Of a stretch of 64,000 nucleotides of DNA, positions 29,524 to 39,834 are shown in pieces (positions within the stretch are counted from its first letter, which is position 1; each line of letters begins with the position of its first letter). The translations under genes were made by a program, and so were the position numbers. The notes below the pieces were generated by a model that was not told the DNA's origin, ran no database searches, and was given only the letters and a program-made list of their open reading frames with translations. Source of the stretch: a bacterium (GTDB lineage: Bacteria > Auribacterota > Auribacteria > Auribacterales > Auribacteraceae); the NCBI GenBank assembly GCA_018435605.1, contig JAHDNF010000008.1, positions 1,192 through 65,191 on the forward strand, in the 5' to 3' direction.

Positions 29524-30654
29524 TCATGTTGTTGGCCAGCGGGGATATCCGCACAAGACAATATCCTGTCCGCATTTTTTCCAATTGAATTTTTCGAATT
29601 GAACAGCATTTTCAATATCGGCAATTCCGTAACCGTGGAATGGTCCCGGAGCATTACGGCCTCCGATGATCTTTGGAGCTATGAAACAGTATACTTTATC
29701 TATGAGATGATTGTCAAAAAAATGTCCCACTGTTGTGCCGCCGCCTTCTATTAATACTGATACAATGTCCATATCGGCAAGTTTTTCTAAAATGGATTGA
29801 GTGGAAAATGTGTTTTTCATGAAAGGTAGCGTCAGCATTTTTATTCCTTGTATATCGGAGAAATGCCGGAATTTTTCGGATTGCATATTTTTATCGCAGG
29901 TTATAATGACGGTTCTATTTTTGTAGGGGTCGGAAACTACGGTACTGTCAGAAGGTATGATAAGTTCAGGGTCAATAATGATGCGGTACGGCTGAAACTT
30001 TTTGTTACGCCCGTGACGGATAGTTAACGCAGGGTTATCACGAACAACGGTAGTTGCTCCAACCATTATAGCGTCCACGCCGGAACGTATCCGCTGTACC
30101 ATGGTTCGGGAATCAGGGGAAGTAATCCATTTTGATTTGCCTGTATGGGTTGCTATTTTGCCGTCGAGCGAAGTGGCGACTTTGACTATTACAAAGGGGA
30201 TACGGCAAGTCGTAAAAACGCGAAAATCTTCTATCAATTCGTCACACTCATTTTCGAGAATACCTGTTTTGACCTTAATGTTATGACCGGTAAGAATATC
30301 AATGGCTTTACCCGCGTGTTTAGGGTTTGGGTCGATAGAGCCGATCACCACGGTTTTTATGCCGGCAGATACGATAGCATCTGTGCATGGAGGTGTTTTA
30401 CCATGTGTAGAACACGGTTCCAGAGTGATGTACAGGGTAGCGTTGCGTGACTTTTCACCGGCTTCCCTCAGAGCAAAAATTTCCGCATGGGGGCCGCCGG
30501 ATTGTTTATGATATCCTTTGCCGACAATGGTATTTCCTGAAACCACAACAGCGCCGACTTTAGGGTTCGGACTTACAGCACGGGTTGCCCGTTTAGCCAG
30601 TCTTATAGCTATTCTCATAAACTTTTCGTGGAGTCGCAACTCATGATCATTCAT
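29524..30654 (-). CDS. ribD: bifunctional diaminohydroxyphosphoribosylaminopyrimidine deaminase / 5-amino-6-(5-phosphoribosylamino)uracil reductase
   Basis: CMP/dCMP deaminase motif HAEIFAL...LEPCSTHGKTPPC plus a C-terminal RibD reductase domain. Confidence 0.9.
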   Translation of the reverse strand: MNDHELRLHEKFMRIAIRLAKRATRAVSPNPKVGAVVVSGNTIVGKGYHKQSGGPHAEIFALREAGEKSRNATLYITLEPCSTHGKTPPCTDAIVSAGIKTVVIGSIDPNPKHAGKAIDILTGHNIKVKTGILENECDELIEDFRVFTTCRIPFVIVKVATSLDGKIATHTGKSKWITSPDSRTMVQRIRSGVDAIMVGATTVVRDNPALTIRHGRNKKFQPYRIIIDPELIIPSDSTVVSDPYKNRTVIITCDKNMQSEKFRHFSDIQGIKMLTLPFMKNTFSTQSILEKLADMDIVSVLIEGGGTTVGHFFDNHLIDKVYCFIAPKIIGGRNAPGPFHGYGIADIENAVQFEKFNWKKCGQDIVLCGYPRWPTT

Positions 30655-30659
30655 AAAAA

Positions 30660-31568
30660 CTATGCCTCAAAAAGAGCATGGACAAATTCTTTACTGTCAA
30701 AAGGAAGTAAATCATCCATGCTTTCACCGATACCTATGAATTTTACAGGTATATTTAATTCGTGTTGAATGCGTACAACAATACCGCCTTTGGCTGTTCC
30801 GTCAAGTTTTGTCAATATGATTCCGGTCAGGTTTAATGCTTCGTGGAAGGTTTTTACCTGAGGCACGGCATTTTGTCCGGTAACTGCGTCTATGGTGATA
30901 AGAATTTCATGGGGCGCACTGGGTATACGTTTTTCGACAGTCCGCTTAATTTTCTTGAGTTCTTCCATAAGATTTTTATTGGTATGAAGCCGTCCTGCAG
31001 TATCAACCAGCAGATAATCGGCGCCTCGCGCTTTGGCAGATTCCACAGCGTCGAACGCCACGGCCGCCGCATCGGCACCGTGTTGATGTTTGACAAGATA
31101 GGTTCCTGTGCGTTGTGCCCACACCTCAAGTTGCTCGATAGCCGCGCCGCGAAATGTATCGCATGCGGCTAGAACGACTTTCTTCTTGTCCGCAAGCAGG
31201 CGGTTGGCGAGTTTGGCAACAGATGTAGTCTTGCCGGTTCCGTTTACGCCAACAACAAACACTACTGTCGGAAAACCGGCAGGGGCTTTCCGTATAGCTG
31301 TATCATGGGTATTGATCATAGAAATAAGTTCTTGCCGTAATGAATCGAAAACCATAGATGAGTTTTGTTTTTCTTTCCGCGACATCTGTTTTTCTACATT
31401 GGCAACAAGGGTTGTAACTGTATCCATTCCCATGTCGGTCTGTATGAGTAACTCTTCTACTTCTTCATATATATCGTCGGTCAAAGAAGCCTGAAAAATC
31501 GATTTGAAGGCTGACGATAAATTATCACGTGTTTTTTTCAATCCCGCCGTGATTTTACTTATAACCAT
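30660..31568 (-). CDS. ftsY: signal recognition particle receptor FtsY (NG domain only)
   Basis: GVNGTGKTTSVAKLANRL, DTAGR, TKLDGTAKGG SRP-GTPase motifs; 302 aa. Confidence 0.85.
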   Translation of the reverse strand: MVISKITAGLKKTRDNLSSAFKSIFQASLTDDIYEEVEELLIQTDMGMDTVTTLVANVEKQMSRKEKQNSSMVFDSLRQELISMINTHDTAIRKAPAGFPTVVFVVGVNGTGKTTSVAKLANRLLADKKKVVLAACDTFRGAAIEQLEVWAQRTGTYLVKHQHGADAAAVAFDAVESAKARGADYLLVDTAGRLHTNKNLMEELKKIKRTVEKRIPSAPHEILITIDAVTGQNAVPQVKTFHEALNLTGIILTKLDGTAKGGIVVRIQHELNIPVKFIGIGESMDDLLPFDSKEFVHALFEA

Positions 31569-31577
31569 AAAAACTCC

Positions 31578-32402
31578 TTATTGTTGCCAGAGAGCTTGTT
31601 GCATGTTTTCGAGCATAGAGTAGGGTATAGGTATTCCACCGAGTTCGCGCCGGTCATGGCTGGCTCCGTGGAAATCAGATCCTCCTGTTTCCAGTAAACC
31701 GTACTGTTTCGCTATGGCTTTATATTTTTTCATATCACTGATACTGTGTTCGGAATGGATAACTTCCAGTCCGTCGAGTCCATCTTTGACGAATCGTTCG
31801 ATCAGGTGGTCTTTGAGATATATTGCGGGGTGGGCGAGTACTGCAAGTCCGCCGATCTCATGGATAAGGGATATACAATCTTTAACGGAAAATTTGAATT
31901 TTTTTACATACGCCGGACAGTTTTCGCCTATGTATCTTGAAAAAGCCTCATAGGCAGATGACACAAAACCTTTTTCCAATAATTTTTTTGCGATATGCGG
32001 CCTGCCGGGCGATGTGGTTTTGAGTTCTTTTAACAAAGTGTCGGCGCACAAGTCTACACCCAACAATTTGAGTTTGTCTGCGATTTTGTATATGCGTATA
32101 CGACGGTGCTGTCGCATTGTTTCGAGGTATTCGAGAAATCGCCTGTTGGTCCCGTCGATGAAATAACCTAGCAGGTGTATATCTTTTCCTTCCTCTTCAC
32201 AACTCATTTCTACGCCTGGCACAATAGTTACGCCAAGTTTTTTAGCTTCATTGAGTGCGCAGTAGTATCCTTCTATGGAATCGTGGTCAGTGATGGATAT
32301 TGCCGCCAGATTTTTTTGAGAAGCAAGACGGACAATTTCAAGAGGATCAAGCAGACCGTCGGATTTAGTAGAATGAATATGTAAATCGATATATTTTTCC
32401 AT
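31578..32402 (-). CDS. PHP-domain phosphoesterase (TrpH/YciV-like)
   Basis: IDLHIHSTKSDG...ISITDHDS PHP motifs. Confidence 0.7.
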   Translation of the reverse strand: MEKYIDLHIHSTKSDGLLDPLEIVRLASQKNLAAISITDHDSIEGYYCALNEAKKLGVTIVPGVEMSCEEEGKDIHLLGYFIDGTNRRFLEYLETMRQHRRIRIYKIADKLKLLGVDLCADTLLKELKTTSPGRPHIAKKLLEKGFVSSAYEAFSRYIGENCPAYVKKFKFSVKDCISLIHEIGGLAVLAHPAIYLKDHLIERFVKDGLDGLEVIHSEHSISDMKKYKAIAKQYGLLETGGSDFHGASHDRRELGGIPIPYSMLENMQQALWQQ

Positions 32403-32467
32403 CTGTTATCCTGTGCGTTAATTCAAGTGTATTAGTCTTTGATCGTTGAAACATACGCCGGTTGATT

Positions 32468-32923
32468 TTATAGTTTTTTTGGCGATGAGTTTCCGAAATC
32501 CTCTTTGATTTTATCAAGAATACCATTAACAAATTTGCCGGAATCGGGTGTACTGTATTTTTTAGCAATATCCACAGCTTCGTCGATAGAAACGACGGGG
32601 GGGATGTCATCAAGGTAAAGAATTTCAAATACCGCTATTCGTAATATATTTTTATCGATGATTGCCAGACGGGAAAAATCCCAGTTTGCAGTGTTTTTTA
32701 TAATAATTTGGTCAATTTGCGACATTTTATCGAGAATACCTTCGATAAGCGTACGTGTGAATTCAATGAAATGCGTATCGCCGGATTTGACTTCATCAAT
32801 TCGGTGTATCTCCGGTATGTATGCCATAAAATCGGCAAGCGATTTTTTATCAAAATTTTTACAACATTCGCAAGAATATAGAAATTGAAGTGTGATTTCT
32901 CTGCTAAGACGTCTTTTGCCCAT
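32468..32923 (-). CDS. nusB: transcription antitermination factor NusB
   Basis: RRLSREITLQFLY... NusB family, 151 aa, between ribH and ribD as in many rib operons. Confidence 0.8.
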   Translation of the reverse strand: MGKRRLSREITLQFLYSCECCKNFDKKSLADFMAYIPEIHRIDEVKSGDTHFIEFTRTLIEGILDKMSQIDQIIIKNTANWDFSRLAIIDKNILRIAVFEILYLDDIPPVVSIDEAVDIAKKYSTPDSGKFVNGILDKIKEDFGNSSPKKL

Positions 32924-32931
32924 ATTTACAG

Positions 32932-33396
32932 TTATATTTCGATTGCGAACAGATTGACCATTTCAATGGCGCTCAATGCCGCATCCGCTCCTTTATTTCC
33001 GGATTTAGTGCCTGCACGTTCGATAGCCTGTTCAAGAGTATCTGCTGTGATCAACCCGTATGTTATTGGTATCATGTACTGAAGGGAAACATGAGCAATG
33101 CCCTTTGTTACTTCGCCGCTTATATATTCGAAATGCGGAGTATTGCCTCGGATCAGAGCGCCTAGACAGATAATTGCGTCGAATTTTTTTGTGCTGGCCA
33201 GTTTTTGTGTCATCACGGGAATTTCGAATGCACCCGGAACCCTGAAAACGGATATATCGTTGTCGTCGACATTGTGCCTGATTAGAGTGTCATAGGCGCC
33301 GTCAAGCAGTTTAGATGTTATAAAATCATTGAATCGGCTGATCACGATTCCATACTTCTTGTTTTGTGAAACTAAATCGCCGTGATATATATGCAT
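32932..33396 (-). CDS. ribH: 6,7-dimethyl-8-ribityllumazine synthase
   Basis: [21 protein letters not shown]...; 154 aa. Confidence 0.9.
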   Translation of the reverse strand: MHIYHGDLVSQNKKYGIVISRFNDFITSKLLDGAYDTLIRHNVDDNDISVFRVPGAFEIPVMTQKLASTKKFDAIICLGALIRGNTPHFEYISGEVTKGIAHVSLQYMIPITYGLITADTLEQAIERAGTKSGNKGADAALSAIEMVNLFAIEI

Positions 33397-33417
33397 GTTT
33401 TCCTCCGGGTATTTATG

Positions 33418-34644
33418 TTATGAAAACATATGTCCGAGTTTTTCTTTTTTTGTCTGTAAGTACCGAATATTGTGTTTGGTAGGTTCGCTAGCCAGTTCCA
33501 CTCTTTCTACAATATTTATATTGTATCCTTGTAATCCGATGACTTTTTTCGGGTTATTTGTCAGAAGTATAATATTTTTCAATCCGAGATCTACCAGAAT
33601 TTGCGCTCCGATACCGTAATCGCGCAAATCTGGTTCAAAACCCAGATGTTCGTTGGCTTCGACAGTATCGAGTCCTTTATCCTGCAGGGCGTATGCTTTA
33701 AGCTTGTTTATCAGGCCGATTCCGCGGCCTTCCTGGCGCATATATAAGATAACTCCTTTACCTTCCTTTGCAATCCGTTCCATTGCTTGGTGAAGTTGGT
33801 CGCCGCAGTCGCAACGCAGAGATCCGAAAACATCGCCTGTAAGACATTCGGAATGCACTCTGACCATTGTGTTTTCGTCTGGGTTAAGTGTGCCCATTAC
33901 AAGCGCTATATGTTCGCTGTTGCTTACTTCGCAACGGTACGCCAGCATCTTGAAATTGCCGTATTGTGTAGGCAGTATAGTTTGAGCCACACATTGAACA
34001 AGTTTTTCAGTTCTTCGCCGGTATTCGATGATCTGGGCTATGGAGCACATTTTCAGTCCGAATTTTTTCTTGAATTTTATCAATTCAGGTAACCGCGCCA
34101 TAGTTCCGTCATCATTCATTATTTCACAAATCGCTCCGGCAGGATACAATCCTGCCAGTTTGGCAAGGTCAACCGCCGCTTCGGTGTGTCCGGCGCGCCG
34201 TAAAACCCCGCCTTCAACCGCTCTTAAAGGAAAAATATGTCCTGGAGTTACAAACGAACTTTGATTTGCGTATGGATTGACCAGCATTTGAATTGTTTTG
34301 GCTCTGTCATGAGCGGAAATACCGGTAGTAACACCGGTTTTTGCGTCAACCGATACGCTGAAAGCAGTTTTGTGCATATCGCGGTATCTAGGTACCATCG
34401 GGTCTAAACCGAGGAAATCTAACCTTTCGCTGAGCATAGGCACGCAAACCAATCCGCGTGCGTGAGTTACCATAAAATTGATATCGTCAGGTTTGACAAG
34501 CGATGCGGGCATGACTAAATCGCCTTCATTTTCGCGGTTGGTGTCGTCAGTGACTATGACCATTTTGCCGCAACTTATGTCTTCGAGCAATTCTTCTATC
34601 GGTTCGAACGTCTGGTCGTCGGATTTCTTTGGCAAATCATTCAT
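33418..34644 (-). CDS. ribBA: bifunctional 3,4-dihydroxy-2-butanone-4-phosphate synthase / GTP cyclohydrolase II
   Basis: DHBP synthase N-domain (RENEGDLV) plus GTP cyclohydrolase II C-domain ([15 protein letters not shown]). Confidence 0.9.
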   Translation of the reverse strand: MNDLPKKSDDQTFEPIEELLEDISCGKMVIVTDDTNRENEGDLVMPASLVKPDDINFMVTHARGLVCVPMLSERLDFLGLDPMVPRYRDMHKTAFSVSVDAKTGVTTGISAHDRAKTIQMLVNPYANQSSFVTPGHIFPLRAVEGGVLRRAGHTEAAVDLAKLAGLYPAGAICEIMNDDGTMARLPELIKFKKKFGLKMCSIAQIIEYRRRTEKLVQCVAQTILPTQYGNFKMLAYRCEVSNSEHIALVMGTLNPDENTMVRVHSECLTGDVFGSLRCDCGDQLHQAMERIAKEGKGVILYMRQEGRGIGLINKLKAYALQDKGLDTVEANEHLGFEPDLRDYGIGAQILVDLGLKNIILLTNNPKKVIGLQGYNINIVERVELASEPTKHNIRYLQTKKEKLGHMFS

Positions 34645-35019
34645 GTCAAAACACTCTCCTTTTTAAAAAGGATTTATTATATGGTATAACGGCAAGATTA
34701 GTCAATCTCAAATAACGGGAAATAAGGGAAAATAAGTAAAGAAACCCCGTTTTTAAAAAAATCCGATTTCAAATACGCTCAATTGAATCGAAATTCATAA
34801 AATACTTGAAAAATATTATGATTGTCATAACATATTATTTTAGGTTATCGAGAAAAATGTAAACCCGCTGGTATTTTTGACGGCTTTAATAAAAACTGCC
34901 GGTTTTGCGACATAATAATATAGTTTTAAATTAACAGCTTAACTTTAACTGTCTCGTTCCGATAAAAATATCAGTTATATATCGTTTATTTCCAGCCGTT
35001 TCACTAATCAAGGCATATT

Positions 35020-36207
35020 ATGAATGTTTTAACTATAACCAGTATGTTTCCAAGCAAAGCACAGCCGTTTCACGCGGTGTTCGTTCGCAACCGCGTCACG
35101 CGAGTCGCCAAACTGTGCAATATGAAAATTATCGTTCCTATTCCCTATTTCCCTTTGACAGGATTCTTGAAACGATATGCCAACAGAAAATATATCCCGA
35201 AACAGGATATTATCGAAGGTATCGAAGTTTATTATCCGAGATTTATATCGGTTCCGAAATTTTTCAAACCGCTTGACGGATTTTTTCTATTTATATCATG
35301 CTGGCTGTTGTTGAAAACAACCTTGAAAAATTTTGATTTCGATATTATAGACTCCCATCTGGCATTTCCAGACGGATTTGCCGCCGTATTGCTCAAAAAA
35401 TGTTTTGCCAAACCGGCTACAATTACCCTTAGAGGGCATGATATAAACGATTTGCCGGAATATCCGATACGGTTCAGACAGGTCAAATACGCACTGCTCA
35501 AAGCCGACAGGGTATTCAGCGTGGCAAAAGCCCTCAAAGATGCCGCAGTAAATTTTGGTATTGACGCAGACAAAATAATGGTAAGTTCCAACGGAGTCGA
35601 TCAGTCCGTATTTCATCCGGCTGATATGATTTCTATGCGCAAAGAACTTAATTTGCCTGCAGATAAGAAAATCATAGTATCTGTAGGGCATCTTGTAGAA
35701 CGCAAAGGATTTCATATTCTTATCAAGGCGATTCGCAATATGATCGATTCAGGATTGAAAGACGTGTATCTGATAATCATCGGCGGTCCAGGTGAAGAGG
35801 GTGATTTTTCAGGGGAACTAAACCGTTTGATAGAAAAACTCGATCTTAAAGGTCATGTCACCATGCCCGGGCCTCAACTAAATAAGGATCTATACAAATG
35901 GTATAACTGCGCTGATATTTCGTGTCTTGCCAGTTCTAAAGAAGGATGGGCAAACGTTCTGCTCGAATCTTTGGCATGCGGAAAACCGGTTGTGGCTACC
36001 AATGTATGGGGTACGCCAGAGGTAATTTCTTCTGCGGAATACGGGGTTCTAACCGAACGCAATCCAGAAGCGTTGGCGACTGCGCTTACCTCAGCTCTTG
36101 ACAAACGCTGGAATACTGATGATATTATTGCATACGCGCGCAAACATACATGGGAAAATGTAGCATCAAATATAATTGAGCAATTTAAAACATTGATAAA
36201 AAAATAA
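35020..36207 (+). CDS. glycosyltransferase, group 1 (GT4)
   Basis: EGWANVLLESLACGKPVVATNVWGTPEVI GT4 C-terminal motif. Confidence 0.75.
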   Translation: MNVLTITSMFPSKAQPFHAVFVRNRVTRVAKLCNMKIIVPIPYFPLTGFLKRYANRKYIPKQDIIEGIEVYYPRFISVPKFFKPLDGFFLFISCWLLLKTTLKNFDFDIIDSHLAFPDGFAAVLLKKCFAKPATITLRGHDINDLPEYPIRFRQVKYALLKADRVFSVAKALKDAAVNFGIDADKIMVSSNGVDQSVFHPADMISMRKELNLPADKKIIVSVGHLVERKGFHILIKAIRNMIDSGLKDVYLIIIGGPGEEGDFSGELNRLIEKLDLKGHVTMPGPQLNKDLYKWYNCADISCLASSKEGWANVLLESLACGKPVVATNVWGTPEVISSAEYGVLTERNPEALATALTSALDKRWNTDDIIAYARKHTWENVASNIIEQFKTLIKK

Positions 36208-36224
36208 AGATACAGGAACCGGAT

Positions 36225-37358
36225 ATGCCCGAATCAGATATTCATATAATGCAGGTTTTACATACCCTTGAAGTCGGCGGAGCGGAAAAACTCGCATACG
36301 ATATTTCAAACAGTTTTGATAAATCATTTCAATTTTCGTTTTTTTGTCTGGATGCGCTGGGATATTTGAGCAATCTTATCAAACAGGAAGGCGGAAACGT
36401 CTATTGTTTCGGAAGAAAAGACGGGTGGGATTTCGGACTTATAAAAGAATTTGCCGAACTGCTGACCGCTAAAAAAGTCGATATTGTACACGCTCATCAG
36501 TATACGCCATACTTTTATGCTGTGCTCGCATCGTTTTTCAGTAAAAGGCATCCTAAAGTAATTTTTACGGAACACGGCAGGCATCAACCGGATAAAGTAC
36601 GCTGGAAACGAGTGGTCTTCAATAAAATATTCCAACATCTAACCGCCGCTTACACAGGTGTCGCTCGATTCAGTAAAGACTGTCTTGTAGAATTCGAGAA
36701 AATTCCGGAAAACAAAATTGATGTTATATACAATGGAATAGATCTTGAACGTTTTCCAAAGACATTTGACAAGGATAAAATACGAAAATCACTGGGATTT
36801 GAAGCGGACAAAACGCTGGTAGGTATAATCGCGCGACTTGATCCCATAAAAAACCACTCCGTTTTGATTGAGGCGATATCGTTATTGAAAAACCAGTTTC
36901 CGGACATACAGCTTATCGTCGTAGGCGAAGGACCGATGTTGCAGGAACTCAAAAATCTCGTTTCAACATTAGCTATCGACGACACCGTCATTTTTACCGG
37001 ATTGCGCAAGGATGTTCCGCGCATACTTATGGCGCTCGACATCTTCGTACTGCCATCTTCTACTGAAGCCATGTCGGTTACCCTGCTCGAAGCAATGAGT
37101 GCCTCTTTGCCGGTAGTGGCTACCGATGTCGGAGGAAATCAAGAAGTAGTGATACCCCACATAACAGGCGAGTTGGTACAGCCGAAAGACCCGCACCAAC
37201 TGGCAGACGCTATCGAATCTATAATCTCCGCTCCTCAAAAAGCGGAACAAATGGGCAAAGCCGGTCGGGAAAGAGTTGAAGATATGTTCACATTCGACCG
37301 TATGATAGAACAATACAAAAAACTTTACCTTAAAATTACTGGCAAACAAAAATTATGA
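36225..37358 (+). CDS. glycosyltransferase, group 1 (GT4)
   Basis: EAMSVTLLEAMSASLPVVATDVGGNQEVV. Confidence 0.75.
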   Translation: MPESDIHIMQVLHTLEVGGAEKLAYDISNSFDKSFQFSFFCLDALGYLSNLIKQEGGNVYCFGRKDGWDFGLIKEFAELLTAKKVDIVHAHQYTPYFYAVLASFFSKRHPKVIFTEHGRHQPDKVRWKRVVFNKIFQHLTAAYTGVARFSKDCLVEFEKIPENKIDVIYNGIDLERFPKTFDKDKIRKSLGFEADKTLVGIIARLDPIKNHSVLIEAISLLKNQFPDIQLIVVGEGPMLQELKNLVSTLAIDDTVIFTGLRKDVPRILMALDIFVLPSSTEAMSVTLLEAMSASLPVVATDVGGNQEVVIPHITGELVQPKDPHQLADAIESIISAPQKAEQMGKAGRERVEDMFTFDRMIEQYKKLYLKITGKQKL

Positions 37359-37936
37359 AAAATATTCTCAAAACGGTTCTCAATTTAATATCTATAATCT
37401 TAGTCATGCCTTGGTACTTGTGGTATCGCTTTGAAAAATTGTTTATTCATACCGATCATCCTTTTCAGGGAATGAGCCAGTTTTTCGCTTTATTTCCGGG
37501 ACTGCTCGGAAACTATTTGCGAAGAGCATTCTATTATCTTGCTCTGCCAAAATCTTCATTGGACTGCAATATCTGTTTCGGAACAATTTTATCAAGCGAA
37601 AACGCGCAAATAGGAAAACGAGTCTATATCGGCACAAACTGCACTATTGGCGATGTCAATATCGGAAACGATGTACTGCTCGGCAGTAACGTGGATATTA
37701 TGAACGGCTCTAAGCAACATTACATTGACAATATAGACATACCTATAAGAGAACAGGGAGGCGAATACCCAAAAGTCACTATCGGCGAAGATACATGGAT
37801 CGGCAACGGAGCAACGGTATTATGTAATGTCGGAAAAAAATGCGTCATCGGCGCAAGGACTTTGGTAATAAAACCTATCGACGATTTTTCCATCGCTGTA
37901 GGCGTACCCGCGCGTATCGTAAAGAAAAGGAAATAA
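37355..37936 (+). CDS. hexapeptide-repeat (LbH) O-acetyltransferase, WcaF-like, with N-terminal TM segment
   Basis: IGKRVYIGTNCTIGDVNIGNDVLLGSNV...IGNGATVL hexapeptide repeats; 4-nt overlap with the upstream GT. Confidence 0.7.
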   Translation: MKNILKTVLNLISIILVMPWYLWYRFEKLFIHTDHPFQGMSQFFALFPGLLGNYLRRAFYYLALPKSSLDCNICFGTILSSENAQIGKRVYIGTNCTIGDVNIGNDVLLGSNVDIMNGSKQHYIDNIDIPIREQGGEYPKVTIGEDTWIGNGATVLCNVGKKCVIGARTLVIKPIDDFSIAVGVPARIVKKRK

Positions 37937-37941
37937 ACTTT

Positions 37942-39834
37942 ATGTGCGGAATTACAGGTATTTTCCATATCGACGGCAAACCGGTCAACCGAAATGTTCT
38001 GGCTGAAATGAACAGCACAATGTCACATAGGGGTCCGGATGAAAGCGGTTTTTTTATCGACAACTTTTTCGGACTAGGCCATAGACGCCTTAGCATCATC
38101 GATTTGAGTACCGGCAAACAGCCTATGTGCAATGAGGATGAATCGATATGGATTGCGTTCAACGGTGAAATATTCAACTTTATGGAGCTGAAACATCAAC
38201 TCGAATCTAACGGTCATCGCTTCAAAACCAATTCCGATACCGAAGTAATTATTCATCTTTACGAACAATACGGCGATCGGTCGGTGGAAAAACTACAGGG
38301 CATGTTCGCCTTCGCATTATGGGATAAGAACCAGCAAAAGCTGTTCATCGCACGCGATCGTATCGGTATCAAACCATTATATTACTTTTTCGACGGCAGA
38401 GTTTTTTTATTCGGATCCGAAATTAAACCTATACTCGCTTACGGCAAAAATATTCCGCTCGATATGGATTATCAAGCAATACACGATTATCTGACATTCG
38501 GCTTTATCCCGGGTGAAAAAAGTATTTTCAAACATATCCGTAAACTCGAATCAGCCCATACGTTGAGCATAAGTAAAAGCCTTCCTGTCCCGAAGATAAC
38601 CGAATATTGGGATATTTCGTTTGCCGATAAAACAGACGTTACGGAACACCAATTGATAGAGCAAATTTTAGAACATCTCAAAAATACCGTTCAATCGCAT
38701 CTGATCAGTGACGTGCCGCTCGGATCGTTCCTGAGCGGCGGTATAGATTCCAGCGCTGTGGCGGCCATGATGGCAACCATAGTAAAAGATCCGATAAAGA
38801 CATGTTCTATCGGTTTTGATCACCAAAATTTTTCGGAATTGCCGTACGCTCGTGAAGTAGCTAAGTTATACAAAACCGATCATTCTGAGTATATCGTTAC
38901 TCCGGACGCCCTAAACATACTGGACACAATATTATATTATTATGACGAACCGTTTGCCGATACATCTGCCTTGCCGAGTTATTATCTATCAAAGATGACG
39001 CGAGAAAAGGTTACGGTAGCTTTATCCGGCGATGGTGGAGATGAGAATTTCGCCGGATACCGCAGGTACATATTCGATTTATTTGAAAACCGTGTCCGTG
39101 CAATTATGCCGAAATTCGTACGAAAACCGTTTTTTTCCATGCTTGGCGCAGTGTATCCGAAAGCGGACTGGCTACCGCAGGTTTTCAGGGCAAAAACCAC
39201 ATTTCAAAATTTAGCGCTTGATCCGTTCGACGCCTATTTCAGCAGTGTATCTGTATACCCTGAAATTTTTCTCAAAAAAATCTTAAATCGCGATTTTCTT
39301 GCATCGCTGGACGGCTATTCATCACAAGGAATAATGAAAAAATATTTTGAAAAGGCGGACAGCGATCATCCGCTCGACAAAATCATTTATACGGAAATCA
39401 AAACTCTTTTACCGGACGATTACCTAGTCAAAGTTGACAGAGCGAGTATGGCAAATTCTCTGGAGGTTCGCGTACCATTGCTAGATCACAAATTTATGGA
39501 GTTCGCCGCAACTATACCTGCGGAAAAAAAACTTAATGGATTTTCCACGAAATACATATTTAAAAAAGCTCTGGAAAAATTTTTACCGGATACCATATTA
39601 TACCGTAAAAAACAAGGTTTTGAAATGCCTATAGACGGATGGATACGCAAAGAACTCAAAAATCCGTTCCATGACGTTTTGTTTGCAGACAACTCATTTA
39701 TATCAAACATTATAGATAAAACATACCTCGAAAAGATATGGCAACAGCATCAAAGCGGGGTGAAGTTATACGGCAACAATCTGTGGCTTATCTTCATACT
39801 CGAATCTTGGCATAAAAAATATATATCGAAGTAA
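37942..39834 (+). CDS. asnB: asparagine synthase (glutamine-hydrolysing)-family amidotransferase
   Basis: N-terminal MCGITGIF with Cys2 nucleophile and SGGIDSS PP-loop. Start placed at the internal ATG (37942) rather than the longest-ORF start (37840), which overlaps the acetyltransferase. Confidence 0.85.
   Translation: MCGITGIFHIDGKPVNRNVLAEMNSTMSHRGPDESGFFIDNFFGLGHRRLSIIDLSTGKQPMCNEDESIWIAFNGEIFNFMELKHQLESNGHRFKTNSDTEVIIHLYEQYGDRSVEKLQGMFAFALWDKNQQKLFIARDRIGIKPLYYFFDGRVFLFGSEIKPILAYGKNIPLDMDYQAIHDYLTFGFIPGEKSIFKHIRKLESAHTLSISKSLPVPKITEYWDISFADKTDVTEHQLIEQILEHLKNTVQSHLISDVPLGSFLSGGIDSSAVAAMMATIVKDPIKTCSIGFDHQNFSELPYAREVAKLYKTDHSEYIVTPDALNILDTILYYYDEPFADTSALPSYYLSKMTREKVTVALSGDGGDENFAGYRRYIFDLFENRVRAIMPKFVRKPFFSMLGAVYPKADWLPQVFRAKTTFQNLALDPFDAYFSSVSVYPEIFLKKILNRDFLASLDGYSSQGIMKKYFEKADSDHPLDKIIYTEIKTLLPDDYLVKVDRASMANSLEVRVPLLDHKFMEFAATIPAEKKLNGFSTKYIFKKALEKFLPDTILYRKKQGFEMPIDGWIRKELKNPFHDVLFADNSFISNIIDKTYLEKIWQQHQSGVKLYGNNLWLIFILESWHKKYISK

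Noticed and set aside
34645-35019. Possible FMN (RFN) riboswitch in the ribBA leader (minus strand)
   Set aside because: I could not find the conserved RFN blocks (…GGGCAGGGTGAAATTCCCGACCGGCGG…, …CCGACAGTGAAAGTCTGGATGGGAGA…) or their reverse complements anywhere in the spacer, which is simply AT-rich.
37840-37941. Longest-ORF N-terminal extension of asnB overlapping the acetyltransferase gene
   Set aside because: The AsnB family begins with Met-Cys (Cys2 nucleophile). The ATG at 37942 gives MCGITGIF… with a Shine-Dalgarno (AAAGGAAA) just upstream, and the extension has no homology.
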